From an uncultured Bacteroidota bacterium (GTDB taxonomy: Bacteria; Bacteroidota; Bacteroidia; Bacteroidales; VadinHA17): a DNA stretch of 64,000 nt. How positions within the stretch are numbered: position 1 is the stretch's first letter; every line of letters begins with the position of its first letter. Of the stretch, positions 1 through 10,272 are shown one piece after another. The notes beneath the pieces are model-generated. The model ran no database searches. It was not told where the DNA came from and saw only the letters and a program-made list of their open reading frames with translations. The DNA lies in assembly GCA_963843415.1 (NCBI GenBank), contig CAWJKD010000002.1, positions 770,400 to 834,399 on the forward strand, given 5' to 3'. The translations under genes were made by a program, and so were the position numbers.

Positions 1-429
1 AATCTGAATATCACACCTGTGAGGGGAATGGAAGGAGTTAAAGAAGCAACCGTTAAGTTAGAGAACTGCACTGATGACTGGAAATTCCTGGAAGGGGCTG
101 AACTCAAAGTAGCAATAGCTCATGGACTTACAAATGCTAATAAATTGGCCAAGCTTGTTAGTCAGGGCAAAGCAACATATCATTTCATCGAAATAATGGC
201 TTGTCCCGGCGGATGTATAGGTGGTGGCGGTCAGCCGATACCTACCAGTATGGAAATAAGGAAGAACAGGATGAAAGCTATCTATTCCGAAGATGAACAT
301 ATGGTTCTCCGGAAATCACATGAGAATCCGGATGTGATAGCCATCTACAAGGAATTCCTTGGAAAGCCAAACAGCCACGCAGCTCACGAACTTTTGCATA
401 CACATTATACAGAACGGGATAACTTTTAA
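1..429 (+). CDS. hydA: [FeFe]-hydrogenase catalytic subunit, C-terminal fragment (5' end lies outside the window)
   Basis: The reading frame is open from base 1. It contains the H-cluster motif MACPGGCIGGGGQP followed by a small-subunit-like tail (KSHENPDV...LLHTHY). Confidence 0.85.
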   Translation, partial: NLNITPVRGMEGVKEATVKLENCTDDWKFLEGAELKVAIAHGLTNANKLAKLVSQGKATYHFIEIMACPGGCIGGGGQPIPTSMEIRKNRMKAIYSEDEHMVLRKSHENPDVIAIYKEFLGKPNSHAAHELLHTHYTERDNF

Positions 430-448
430 TTGCATTATTTAACAGGCC

Positions 449-910
449 ATGGATGCACGTTTTAGCTGGAAAACAAAATTTTTCAGCAGGAAATATGAAA
501 TTTTTCAGTACGATACTCTTGCAGGGGAGCTGAACAAGCAAAGCTGGTCAAGGAAATCATACGGAAAACTGAATGGCAGGGGAATAGTGTTTGTAACTAA
601 GAGACTATTTAAACCGGTAACGGAGATAATCGATTTAACGAATGATTCGGTAATAGGAAGTATTATCTCCGTTCCCTGGAAAAGAAAAGCTACGATCAAA
701 TATCAGGATAACCAATATTCATGGCAGTTTGAAAATTTCTGGAATACAAGATGGAGTGTAAGTAACGAAAATGGTGTTCTGATAAAGTATCAATCCCGAA
801 GGTTAAAAGGATCGATCGATTCTTATACTAAAGATGAAGTGTTGATCCTTGCAGGATTCTTCATAAGAAATTACTTTATCCAGCGGTCATCAGCAGCTGC
901 AGCTGCTTAG
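449..910 (+). CDS. hypothetical protein (153 aa)
   Basis: Long ORF 20 nt downstream of the hydrogenase gene. I recognise no motif. The C-terminus ends in poly-Ala encoded by GCAGCT-type low-complexity DNA. Confidence 0.45.
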   Translation: MDARFSWKTKFFSRKYEIFQYDTLAGELNKQSWSRKSYGKLNGRGIVFVTKRLFKPVTEIIDLTNDSVIGSIISVPWKRKATIKYQDNQYSWQFENFWNTRWSVSNENGVLIKYQSRRLKGSIDSYTKDEVLILAGFFIRNYFIQRSSAAAAA

Positions 911-935
911 GAGGTCTTTCAGTGCCGCTGCGCCA

Positions 936-1520
936 TTAATCCTTCGTGCCCTTAAGCCTCTTTAACAGCCATGCCATATTCTCCCCCAAAACCCTCATGG
1001 TCTCCATACCTTCTTCATCCTTAAGCACATCGCCTTTTTGCCTGCCAATGCCTATGTTCCAGTAGGATGACCCCGGGATTATCATTTCGTTTATAAGGAA
1101 GAAATGATTTATGCTGTCGAAAGCATGTGTGGCGCCGGCACGCCTCATCGCAATTACCGCCGCACCCGGTTTCCTTTTTAATTCATTTCCTGCACCACGG
1201 ATAGCATAGCCCGCAACATCTATCAATGCTTTGGCATCTGAAGCGATATCAGCAAAATATACAGGTGCTCCGATAATTATTGCATCAGCTTTCACCATTT
1301 TCCTGATGCACTCATTGATGACCTCATTATCCTGATGACATTGACCATCCTTTTTTTCCCTGCACTTCATGCAAGCAATGCATCCATTTACTTTTTTCCC
1401 GCCAAGCTGAAAGAAATCAGTTTTAATCCCATTCTTTTCAAGTGCTGTAAATGCCTCTTTTATAAGTAGTTCAGTATTGCCTCCCTTCCTGGGACTGCAG
1501 TTTATTCCAAGTACTTTCAT
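936..1520 (-). CDS. flavodoxin-like NADPH-dependent FMN reductase family / iron-sulfur flavoprotein
   Basis: The N-terminus MKVLGINCSPRKGGNT is typical of the FMN reductase fold. A Cys cluster is present (CIACMKCREKKDGQC). Confidence 0.75.
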   Translation of the reverse strand: MKVLGINCSPRKGGNTELLIKEAFTALEKNGIKTDFFQLGGKKVNGCIACMKCREKKDGQCHQDNEVINECIRKMVKADAIIIGAPVYFADIASDAKALIDVAGYAIRGAGNELKRKPGAAVIAMRRAGATHAFDSINHFFLINEMIIPGSSYWNIGIGRQKGDVLKDEEGMETMRVLGENMAWLLKRLKGTKD

Positions 1521-1557
1521 ATTCTAATTTTTGTTCGAATATATTCAAAACCACAAT

Positions 1558-2205
1558 TTATTTATACACTATCGGATAAAAGTTTTCGAAGAATTCCCTG
1601 AGTACCAGATATCGTTTTTTGTGTTTCCCGAATAGTTCGGGTTTCCCTGTGGCAAACAGTTCAAAGTGGCCAAACCTTGCAGCAGCATTCTCAAGGATCG
1701 AAGAACCGATATGTTGCTCCGGGATTCCTCTGGCACGGTAGATTTCAATGTACCTTTCAATGCCTGTCTGTCCGAATGCGTCGAGATCGTCGGCAATTGA
1801 AAGGATTTTCAGGAGCATATTATCAGATATCTTTTTAACATAATCCTTATTATCATGGCTTTCAATGGCATACAGAACATCCTTAAAATCAGATATTTTT
1901 AAATTGTTACTCTCCAGAAATTCTTCAGCTGATTTTCTGCTTTGGGACCCGTGGTTTACCCCCTGGTCTGATGACATTCCGATATCGTGAAGATAACAGG
2001 AAATCAGTAGTTTAACCACAAACATGTCATCGATTTCCTTTTCTTCGCTGCATTCAAGAAGTTCCTTAGCAAACTCCCATACTCTCTTATGATGACTGAG
2101 ATCGTGTGATAAGAGTACTGTATCTCCCCATTTCCTGACAAAAAATTCCTCAAGAAGAGTGAGATATAATTTTTCTGTACTACTTATTATCTCAGGAAGG
2201 ATCAT
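1558..2205 (-). CDS. HD-domain metal-dependent phosphohydrolase
   Basis: H...HD signature: SHHKRVWEF followed by CYLHDIGMS. Confidence 0.7.
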   Translation of the reverse strand: MILPEIISSTEKLYLTLLEEFFVRKWGDTVLLSHDLSHHKRVWEFAKELLECSEEKEIDDMFVVKLLISCYLHDIGMSSDQGVNHGSQSRKSAEEFLESNNLKISDFKDVLYAIESHDNKDYVKKISDNMLLKILSIADDLDAFGQTGIERYIEIYRARGIPEQHIGSSILENAAARFGHFELFATGKPELFGKHKKRYLVLREFFENFYPIVYK

Positions 2206-2268
2206 TCATGCTATATGCGATTCAGGGATAGAATTATAACCATTTAGTTACTATGAAGTTCCATGGTG

Positions 2269-2514
2269 TTATTCACTGATCATCTGCTTTGCCATGTCGA
2301 GGATAGTAGTATCATCGAAAGTAACTATCCCGCCGCCCGGGCCCTGTTCAAAATGAATACCAACAGTTTGTCCTTTGTCAAAATTTGTCCCTCCGAAGTA
2401 GTTCCTGACCGTATCTTCATTCATATCGAGCCGGTCTGCAATTTTTCTCATACTTCCGGAGGGTAACTGATCTTTAATCTTCCGGAGTTCATCAAAAGTG
2501 ATTGTCTTTCTCAT
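2269..2514 (-). CDS. small putative helix-turn-helix DNA-binding protein
   Basis: The ORF contains SMRKIADRLDMNEDTVRNYF, which looks like an HTH. I prefer the internal ATG at 2514 over the ORF-track start at 2556. Confidence 0.45.
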   Translation of the reverse strand: MRKTITFDELRKIKDQLPSGSMRKIADRLDMNEDTVRNYFGGTNFDKGQTVGIHFEQGPGGGIVTFDDTTILDMAKQMISE

Positions 2515-2637
2515 GATATTATTTTTTAATTTCAGAATATACACCACATAGTTCAAAGATACTCATTAATATTTTAAGTTAAAAATCTGGTGTGTGGAAA
2601 GATTTGCCAAAGAAAATAATGGTAGAAGCAGAATGTT

Positions 2638-3399
2638 TCATAAGCTGGCTAAGAACTCTAAAAACAACTTTATTGCTTTTCTCTTATCATCATTCAATTC
2701 GAAATTCATATTTTCTGTGAGATATTTTCTCAGGGCTTCACCTCTGATGATACCGGATTTTCCGAATTCCTTTACAACAGCAGGAATGTTTTTTACACCC
2801 GTCTCCAGAGCATTGTTAAATTCTGTCAGGAAACTTTCTTCCAGCTTTTTGTTGGCTGTCCAGCAGGCAAATACAAAAGGGAGCCCTGTGAATTTGTACC
2901 ATTCTTCTGCCAGATCAATTTTGTAACTGAACCTGTTTTCAAGTTCATAACACTGATCACCGATTAGCACAATTGACTCATTATAAGGTATATCAGTAAA
3001 ATTAAAGTCAGCAGAAGTATCTGCCCAGTCAAAAATCCTGTTCCAGAAATTTTTTGCAAGTATTCTTGCAAGGTTAACTGACGATCTTGACCTGTAATCC
3101 AGGTTTATCCGCTTTATATTTTTAAAAGGGCAGTTGCTTAAGAGCATAACTGTTTTAACCTTTCCATAGGCTCCAAGACAGAAATTTGTTATTATATGAT
3201 ATTCAGGCAGCATTGGCAAAACAGCCACAGGTATAAGTCCGATATCTACTTCACCTTTGATGAGTTTTAATGCACAATCCGCAGGGTGGTCAGTTGTAAT
3301 GGATACCTTTTTATCAAATCCCGTTTTGGACATCCCGTAAATAAACGGGTATGTATTTGCATACCTGACAGCCGAGATCCTTATTTTTTCAATGGCCAT
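2638..3399 (-). CDS. mqnA: menaquinone biosynthesis protein, MqnA-like (futalosine pathway chorismate dehydratase family)
   Basis: The N-terminus IRISAVRYANTYPFIYGM and the ~250 aa periplasmic-binding-protein-like layout are typical of MqnA. Confidence 0.7.
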   Translation of the reverse strand: MAIEKIRISAVRYANTYPFIYGMSKTGFDKKVSITTDHPADCALKLIKGEVDIGLIPVAVLPMLPEYHIITNFCLGAYGKVKTVMLLSNCPFKNIKRINLDYRSRSSVNLARILAKNFWNRIFDWADTSADFNFTDIPYNESIVLIGDQCYELENRFSYKIDLAEEWYKFTGLPFVFACWTANKKLEESFLTEFNNALETGVKNIPAVVKEFGKSGIIRGEALRKYLTENMNFELNDDKRKAIKLFLEFLASL

Positions 3400-3443
3400 A
3401 TCAGATTAATAATGATTAAGACTTTAACCCGAAATTGAGTTTT

Positions 3444-3470
3444 TTTGCTTCTTCTAAAATACTACATTTG
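3444..3470 (+). promoter_or_regulatory. candidate Bacteroidota promoter for purB (-33 TTTG, -7 TACATTTG)
   Basis: TTTG at 3444-3447 and a TAnnTTTG box at 3463-3470, 42 nt upstream of the ATG. The spacing between the boxes is shorter than the usual consensus. Confidence 0.35.
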
Positions 3471-3512
3471 TATATATCGTTTTAATAACAGAAATCATAA
3501 AAAGATTAAAAA

Positions 3513-4856
3513 ATGGAATTAAATTCTCTTACCGCCATTTCTCCGCTTGACGGGAGGTACAGACAAAAGGTGAACGAACTTGATCTATATTTTTCAGAGT
3601 TTGGGCTGATTAAATACAGGTTGATGGTGGAAATAGAGTATTTTATTGCATTATGTGATATCCCGTTGCCACAGCTAACTGATTTTAAAAAAGACAATTA
3701 CAAAGCTTTACGTTCAATTTATGAGGACTTTGAGGTAGAAGATGCTGAGAAGATCAAGGAGAGGGAAAAAATAACAAACCATGATGTAAAGGCGATCGAG
3801 TATTTTCTGAAAGAAAAGTTCTTCCATGCCGGATGGGGTAAATGGAGTGAATTCATTCACTTCGGGCTGACATCACAGGATCTGAACAACACCGCTATTC
3901 CTTTATCCATTAAAGATGCCCTTATAAATGTCTATTTCCCGCTTCTTTTTGAACTGAGAGAGATACTGGCAACATATGCTGATGACTGGAAAGAGATACC
4001 TATGCTTGCAAGAACACATGGACAACCGGCATCTCCAACCCGCCTGGGTAAAGAGATCGCAGTGTATATTTCGAGAATTGATGAACAGACCAAATACTTT
4101 GGGCAGATACCATATTCAGCAAAATTCGGAGGTGCAACAGGAAATATGAATGCCCACAAAGCCGCATACCCTGACATTGACTGGATCTCTTTTGCCAACA
4201 ATTTCGTCAACGAAGAGCTGGGATTGCAGCGCTCACAACCAACAACCCAGATCGAGCATTATGATAATCTTGCCGCATTATTTGATAACATGCGCAGAAT
4301 CAATGTAATTCTGATTGACATGTCACGCGACATCTGGTCATATATCTCAATGGATTATTTCAGGCAGAAAATACGGAAAGGAGAAATAGGATCTTCAGCT
4401 ATGCCCCATAAGGTCAATCCGATAGATTTTGAGAACGGGGAAGGTAATCTCGGGTACGCAAATGCGATCTTTGGGCATCTTTCGGAGAAACTTCCTGTAT
4501 CAAGGCTTCAAAGGGACCTGACAGACTCGACGGTATTAAGGAATATTGGTGTCCCTATCGGTCATTCAATAATTGCTTTCAATTCAATTCTGAAAGGACT
4601 TAACAAACTCATTGTCAATACTGAGAAAATAAAATACGACCTGGAAAATAATTGGGCTGTTGTTACCGAAGCCATCCAGACAATTCTCAGACGGGAGGGT
4701 TACCCCGAACCCTATGAAGCATTACTTGCTCTTACCCGGACTGAAAAGAAAATTACGATCGATACAATTAATTCCTTTATTGAAAGCCTCGAGATCAGCG
4801 AAGCTGTAAAAGAAGAATTAAAGGCGATAACTCCGTTTAATTATACAGGTTTTTAG
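3513..4856 (+). CDS. purB: adenylosuccinate lyase
   Basis: Fumarate-lyase signature GSSAMPHKVNP. The N-terminus LTAISPLDGRY and the length (447 aa) are typical of PurB. Confidence 0.95.
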   Translation: MELNSLTAISPLDGRYRQKVNELDLYFSEFGLIKYRLMVEIEYFIALCDIPLPQLTDFKKDNYKALRSIYEDFEVEDAEKIKEREKITNHDVKAIEYFLKEKFFHAGWGKWSEFIHFGLTSQDLNNTAIPLSIKDALINVYFPLLFELREILATYADDWKEIPMLARTHGQPASPTRLGKEIAVYISRIDEQTKYFGQIPYSAKFGGATGNMNAHKAAYPDIDWISFANNFVNEELGLQRSQPTTQIEHYDNLAALFDNMRRINVILIDMSRDIWSYISMDYFRQKIRKGEIGSSAMPHKVNPIDFENGEGNLGYANAIFGHLSEKLPVSRLQRDLTDSTVLRNIGVPIGHSIIAFNSILKGLNKLIVNTEKIKYDLENNWAVVTEAIQTILRREGYPEPYEALLALTRTEKKITIDTINSFIESLEISEAVKEELKAITPFNYTGF

Positions 4857-4869
4857 GAAGCACTATACG

Positions 4870-6690
4870 ATGGACAAAATAAAACTGCTTCTTAAGTATG
4901 TAAAGCCATACAGATGGCCGGCAATCAGAAGTGTAATTTTCAATATATTGAGTGCTGTTTTTGCACTGGTTTCCTATACTCTGGCAATTCCGTTCCTGAA
5001 TATCCTCTTCAACAGAGTTGAGAATGTCTCTCATCCGGGCACATTTGTGGCCAGCTTTGATTACGCAGGCGATTTCGCCAGATATTATCTTTCGATGTTT
5101 ATCAACAGGAACGGAGAAGCGGGAGCACTTCTCCTGGTATGCATTATCTTTATAGTTGCAAGCCTCTTCAAGAATGGATTTATTTTTCTTGCCAACAACA
5201 GCATGGCATACATCCGTTCGTGCACTGTGCGCGATCTGAGGAAAAAAATGTATGATAAAGTCCTTAAGCTTCCATTGTCATTTTTTACAGAAGCACGTAA
5301 AGGTGATATCATGACACGGATCTCCAATGATGTGCAGGAGGTTGAATTATCAGTCATGTCTTCGCTTACGATGTTGTTCAGGGACCCGATGTACATTCTT
5401 ATTTTTGTGATTTACCTTTTTATCAGCAGTTATCAGCTTTCACTGGCTGCTCTTGCACTGCTACCGGTCAGCGGATGGCTGATAGGTAGGACAAGCCGCA
5501 CTCTCAGATCATCTTCTATGTCAGGACAGCAGAACCTGGGGAGGTTACTTTCGGTTGTTGAAGAGACTCTTTCCGGTCTGAGGATTATAAAAGGCTTCAA
5601 TGCGGAAAATAAAATGAAGGAGCAGTTCGGGGCTACAAATGAAACATATTCAAAGATATTTAAAAGAGTTACCCGTAAGAATTATCTTGCATCACCTCTT
5701 AGTGAATTCCTCTCAACCTCAATTGTGATGCTGCTTTTATACTTCGGAGGGATACTTGCTCTAAAAGGGGATTCAAGCATGACACCTGATAAACTCATTG
5801 CTTTCCTTGTTATATTCTCGCAGATCATTCAGCCGGCAAAAAACATAACCACTGCCTGGTTCGGCATTCAGAAAGGGATGGCTTCAATAGACAGGATTGA
5901 GCAGGTCCTTGATGCTGAAGAAAAGATAGTTGAGAAGGAGAATCCCATTCCTGTGAACGGATTCAGAGATTCAATTGAGCTTCGGAATGTCAGGTATGCA
6001 TATAATAGCGAACCTGTTATAAGAGATGTTAATCTGAAGATCCTTAAGGGACAGACAGTCGCAATAGTCGGGAAATCGGGAGCAGGGAAATCCACCCTTG
6101 CCGATCTTCTTCCCAGGTTTATCGACCCTGACCAGGGAAGTGTAATGATTGATGGTATTGACGTGAGGGATATTAAAACTACAGACCTTCGCTACCTGAT
6201 GGGGATCGTAAGTCAGCACCCGATACTTTTTAACACATCTTTTACTGAGAATATTGCATTTGGTGTTAATGTGGCGGATAAGGAAAAAGTTGAGAATGCT
6301 GCCCGGATAGCCAATGCACACGATTTCATAATGGAGACCGAACATGGTTATGATAGCACAGTAGGAGAATCCGGGAATAAGCTGAGCGGGGGACAATGTC
6401 AGAGAATAAGCATAGCGCGGGCTATTATGGCTAATCCTCCGATCCTGATTCTCGATGAAGCAACATCCGCCCTGGATACTGAATCGGAAAGACTTGTCCA
6501 GGATGCAATTCTTAAACTGATGAAAAACAGGACATCAATTGTTATTGCTCACAGGCTTTCAACAATACAGAATGCTGATATGATCGTTGTTCTTGACAAC
6601 GGGATGATCGTTGAGACAGGGACACATTCCGAACTAATGAACAAAAGGAATGGATTTTATGCCAAACTACATAGTTTTCAGGCAATATGA
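4870..6690 (+). CDS. ABC transporter, fused permease/ATPase (MsbA-like exporter)
   Basis: A six-TM N-terminal half is followed by Walker A GKSGAGKST, the ABC signature LSGGQCQR and Walker B ILILDEATSALD. Confidence 0.9.
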   Translation: MDKIKLLLKYVKPYRWPAIRSVIFNILSAVFALVSYTLAIPFLNILFNRVENVSHPGTFVASFDYAGDFARYYLSMFINRNGEAGALLLVCIIFIVASLFKNGFIFLANNSMAYIRSCTVRDLRKKMYDKVLKLPLSFFTEARKGDIMTRISNDVQEVELSVMSSLTMLFRDPMYILIFVIYLFISSYQLSLAALALLPVSGWLIGRTSRTLRSSSMSGQQNLGRLLSVVEETLSGLRIIKGFNAENKMKEQFGATNETYSKIFKRVTRKNYLASPLSEFLSTSIVMLLLYFGGILALKGDSSMTPDKLIAFLVIFSQIIQPAKNITTAWFGIQKGMASIDRIEQVLDAEEKIVEKENPIPVNGFRDSIELRNVRYAYNSEPVIRDVNLKILKGQTVAIVGKSGAGKSTLADLLPRFIDPDQGSVMIDGIDVRDIKTTDLRYLMGIVSQHPILFNTSFTENIAFGVNVADKEKVENAARIANAHDFIMETEHGYDSTVGESGNKLSGGQCQRISIARAIMANPPILILDEATSALDTESERLVQDAILKLMKNRTSIVIAHRLSTIQNADMIVVLDNGMIVETGTHSELMNKRNGFYAKLHSFQAI

Positions 6691-9600
6691 AAAGAAATCT
6701 ATTCAAGATCCTGATCCTGACATTAGTCCTGAAATCCTCTCTTCCCGCTGACGGACAAATTGACTTCTCATATCATTCTTACTATTCCTTGCTTAAGGGT
6801 AAAGATGCTGTATCTCTTTCAGATACATGGAAAGAGCCGGGATTTGATGATTCCGGATGGCAGATATTACCTGCACCATTCAGGTATGGCGATGGAACCT
6901 CAGGAACCGAACTTGCAGATATGCAAAACAGCTACTCAGCCATCTACCTCAGATCTTCTTTTAGCTGCAGCAATAAAGATCTGATCAATGAGCTGAAATT
7001 AGCCGTTGATTATGATGACGGATTCGTGATCTGGATAAACGGCACAGAGGTACTGAGACGCAACACACCTGTAAATCTTCAGTACAATTCCCTGGCACCA
7101 GCAAACCATGAATCAGGGTCCGGAGAACTCTTTACAGTGATGACCGATGCCTTCAGTCTAAATGAAGGTCTGAATCTGATTGCTGTCCAGGCCCTCAATG
7201 TAAGCCTTACAAGCAGCGATTTTTATTTTGACCTTTCTATCAAGGCTGAGAAGAATCTTCCTGAGGTGATCGACACAGTGGGAATCACATTTTCAGAGCG
7301 ATCAGGATTTTACGAGGATCCGTTCAGTATTGTGATGACATCTCCCGATCCTGAATTACAGATCATTTACACACTTGACGGGAGTAATCCCAGAACTTCA
7401 GTGAACAGCATCGTTTCAGGATCTCCTTCAACAGTGTTTATCGATCCGGCAAGCAGTAACGGAAGACCTGTCACACCCGCTGTGATCCTTCGGGCATCGA
7501 TAACAAAACCAGGCTATAAACCTTCAAAACCGGTTTCAAGGACCTTCGTTTTCATCGAAAATGTATTGTCACAGTCCTGGCCTGGAGGGGAATGGCCTTC
7601 ATCTGATATTAACGGGCAGATAATTGATCTTGAGATGGATGCCGAGGTAGTGGGGAGCGGTGAATATTCATCGCTCATTGACGATGCTTTAATTGATATC
7701 CCATCAATTTCAGTTGTTACGGATGTAAAGAATCTTTTTGATCCTGCATCTGGTATCTATGTGAATGCATCCGGCCATGGACTTGAATGGGAAAGAGATT
7801 GCAGCGTTGAGCTTATCATGCCTGATGGCACCAATGGATTCAACGTCAATGCAGGCCTGCGCATCAGAGGCGGATGGAGTCGTCATGATGATTTTCCAAA
7901 ACACTCATTCAGGCTCTTTTTCAGGGAAGAGTACGGGAATGCAAAGCTCTATTATCCACTTTTTGGTGAAGAAGGAGCTGATCAGTTTGACAAGATCGAT
8001 CTGCGCACGGAACAGAATTATGGTTGGAATAACGGATCGCAGTATAATTCCTTCGTAAGGGAAATATTTTCCAGGGACAGTCAGCGTGATATGGGACAGC
8101 CACATACACGAAGTCGTTATTATCACCTGTACCTTAATGGTATGTACTGGGGATTATATCAGACACAGGAGAGGCCTGAAGCACGGTTTGCATCCACATA
8201 TTTCGGCGGTGAACAGGAGGACTATGATGTAGTTAAAGTTAATATGGATAACTGGGCTTATACGATAGAGGCAACTGATGGACAGCTTGACTCCTGGAAA
8301 AAACTCTGGGACCTGTGCAGTTCCGGATTTGCATCCAACAGCAGCTATTTTAGTATTGATGGTAAGGATGAAAAAGGTAAGCCGGTAAAAAACAGCGAGA
8401 TACTGGTAGATTTAGATAATCTGATTGATTATATGATTATAATTTTCTACACAGGAAATTTCGATGCCCCTGCTTCCTCATTCGTCGGTACCAACAACTT
8501 TTTTACCATTGATAACAGAGAAGATAAATCGACAGGATTTACTTTTTATGCTCACGACGCGGAACACTCTCTTTTTGATGAAGCCCACTCTCCCGGGCTT
8601 GGACTTTATGAAGACAGAGTCAATCTTGCAGGCAGAACCGATAAAACAAAAATGGAAGTGACTGATTTTTCACGTTTTCATCCTCAGTGGCTTCATTATA
8701 AACTTTCAGAAAATAAAGAGTACAGGATCCGATTTGCCGACAGAGCATATAAAGCTTTAAAAACAGGTGGGGTATTTTCCTCTGAAGAATCACTTGAGAG
8801 GCTTAACAAAAGGATTGCTGAAATTGATATGGCAGTAATAGCAGAGTCAGCAAGATGGGGTGATGCCAAACGACCTGCAGGTTCGCCTTTTACAAAGAAC
8901 GGGACCTGGATACCGGAAATAAACAAGATCAGGAATATTTTCATTCCAAACAGAGGAAACATAGTGATAGACCAGCTTAAAAGGGCAGGCCTATATCACA
9001 CTATTGATGCTCCGGTTATAAGCACTCTTCAAGGTATAATTTCAAAGCCTGAATTTTCTCTATCGGGATCAACAATAATTACAATTAAAAATCCCGGAAA
9101 CTCCGGAACAATACATTATACCTTTGACGGAAGTGATCCCAGGAATATCGGCGGGGAAGTCAATCCTCTGGCAATTGAAGCCAGACAATCTGCAATGGTT
9201 ACAATTAAAGCTTCAACTGTTTTGAAAGCGCGGATTTTGAACAGAGGCCAATGGAGTGCAATAGAACAGGTGAATTTTATTAAGGATCCCGAGGATTATT
9301 CAAAACTTAAAGTCACAGAAGTTCATTACCATCCACCAGATATAACAACCGGAGAGGGTACAATCAGCGGAAAAGATATTGAGTTCATTGAATTTAAGAA
9401 CACAGGGATAAGTGCATTAAACCTGTCCGGACTGATTCTGGATTCTGCGGTATATTACAAATTTCCTGAAAATGTATTACTCCCACCACGTAAATTTTAT
9501 GTTGTTGCTTCAAAACCATCTCGTTTCTATGATTATTACGGATTGGTTGCATCAGGGAATTACCAGGGCAACTTCTCAAATGATGGAGACAAGATAGTTC

Positions 9601-10067
9601 TGGAAGATACTGCAGGGGCATCAATCATAAATTTCAGTTACCTGACAAAGTTCCCATGGCCTGATGAGTCGGATGGAGAGGGTTATTCGCTTTCTTCAAG
9701 GGCATTTAATCCATTCGGAGATCCGTCTGATTATTTATATTGGACCAATTCTGTTGTAATGGGTGGAACACCATTTGCTGATAATGAGTCAGGCTTATTA
9801 GAACATCCAATCCCTAAAGAGGGTACATTATTAGTGTACCCAAGTCCAACAAAAGGGGTATTTTATTTCAATCTGATGACCACCGATGACATCAGCATGA
9901 TGGAGTTTGAATTATATGATATGAACGGCAGATTGATTCACAAGGTAAGAGTAAGAACCAGCGATTCTTTAGACCTGTCAGAACTTGGGATCTCCGCCGG
10001 AATTTATCATATAAGAGTAAAAGCCGGTTCTATTCATGGTGATGCCAGGATAGTTTATGAAAAATAA
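6687..10067 (+). CDS. secreted CotH kinase-family protein with lamin-tail domain and T9SS C-terminal sorting domain
   Basis: Signal peptide. CotH-type core (YYHLYLNGMYWGLYQTQERPEARF). An LTD-like block (KVTEVHYHPP...IEFIEFKNTG...GDKIVLED). The C-terminus LLVYPSPTKGVFYF...IYHIRV is typical of a T9SS CTD. The start ATGA overlaps the ABC gene stop. Confidence 0.85.
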   Translation: MKRNLFKILILTLVLKSSLPADGQIDFSYHSYYSLLKGKDAVSLSDTWKEPGFDDSGWQILPAPFRYGDGTSGTELADMQNSYSAIYLRSSFSCSNKDLINELKLAVDYDDGFVIWINGTEVLRRNTPVNLQYNSLAPANHESGSGELFTVMTDAFSLNEGLNLIAVQALNVSLTSSDFYFDLSIKAEKNLPEVIDTVGITFSERSGFYEDPFSIVMTSPDPELQIIYTLDGSNPRTSVNSIVSGSPSTVFIDPASSNGRPVTPAVILRASITKPGYKPSKPVSRTFVFIENVLSQSWPGGEWPSSDINGQIIDLEMDAEVVGSGEYSSLIDDALIDIPSISVVTDVKNLFDPASGIYVNASGHGLEWERDCSVELIMPDGTNGFNVNAGLRIRGGWSRHDDFPKHSFRLFFREEYGNAKLYYPLFGEEGADQFDKIDLRTEQNYGWNNGSQYNSFVREIFSRDSQRDMGQPHTRSRYYHLYLNGMYWGLYQTQERPEARFASTYFGGEQEDYDVVKVNMDNWAYTIEATDGQLDSWKKLWDLCSSGFASNSSYFSIDGKDEKGKPVKNSEILVDLDNLIDYMIIIFYTGNFDAPASSFVGTNNFFTIDNREDKSTGFTFYAHDAEHSLFDEAHSPGLGLYEDRVNLAGRTDKTKMEVTDFSRFHPQWLHYKLSENKEYRIRFADRAYKALKTGGVFSSEESLERLNKRIAEIDMAVIAESARWGDAKRPAGSPFTKNGTWIPEINKIRNIFIPNRGNIVIDQLKRAGLYHTIDAPVISTLQGIISKPEFSLSGSTIITIKNPGNSGTIHYTFDGSDPRNIGGEVNPLAIEARQSAMVTIKASTVLKARILNRGQWSAIEQVNFIKDPEDYSKLKVTEVHYHPPDITTGEGTISGKDIEFIEFKNTGISALNLSGLILDSAVYYKFPENVLLPPRKFYVVASKPSRFYDYYGLVASGNYQGNFSNDGDKIVLEDTAGASIINFSYLTKFPWPDESDGEGYSLSSRAFNPFGDPSDYLYWTNSVVMGGTPFADNESGLLEHPIPKEGTLLVYPSPTKGVFYFNLMTTDDISMMEFELYDMNGRLIHKVRVRTSDSLDLSELGISAGIYHIRVKAGSIHGDARIVYEK

Positions 10068-10162
10068 AGCGGCATGATTTTTACACTTCCTGTAACCATC
10101 CGACATGAATTTTGATAATTTTGTTTCATCATAATATAATTTTAATTTTAATGGTATGATGG

Positions 10163-10222
10163 AACCCACATGTTGATAAAGTTATATTTATTAAGTGTTT
10201 GTGTTAGCATAACATGTGGGTT
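10163..10222. repeat. perfect 12-bp inverted repeat (aacccacatgtt / aacatgtgggtt) with a 36-nt AT-rich spacer
   Basis: Arms at 10163-10174 and 10211-10222 are exact reverse complements. The repeat lies between the CotH stop and the GH35 start. Confidence 0.85.
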
Positions 10223-10272
10223 TCATAAGATTTTTATTCCTTGAGTCTGATTATTATATAAATAACGATCTA

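Noticed and set aside
2594-2926. 110-aa plus-strand ORF (and similarly 17262-17648 opposite gnd)
   Set aside because: It lies antisense to MqnA-like (or gnd) coding sequence that has strong motifs, and has no features of its own.
10216-10272. Upstream GTG start for the GH35 gene
   Set aside because: The GTG lies inside the right arm of the 12-bp inverted repeat. The signal peptide begins at the ATG at 10273.
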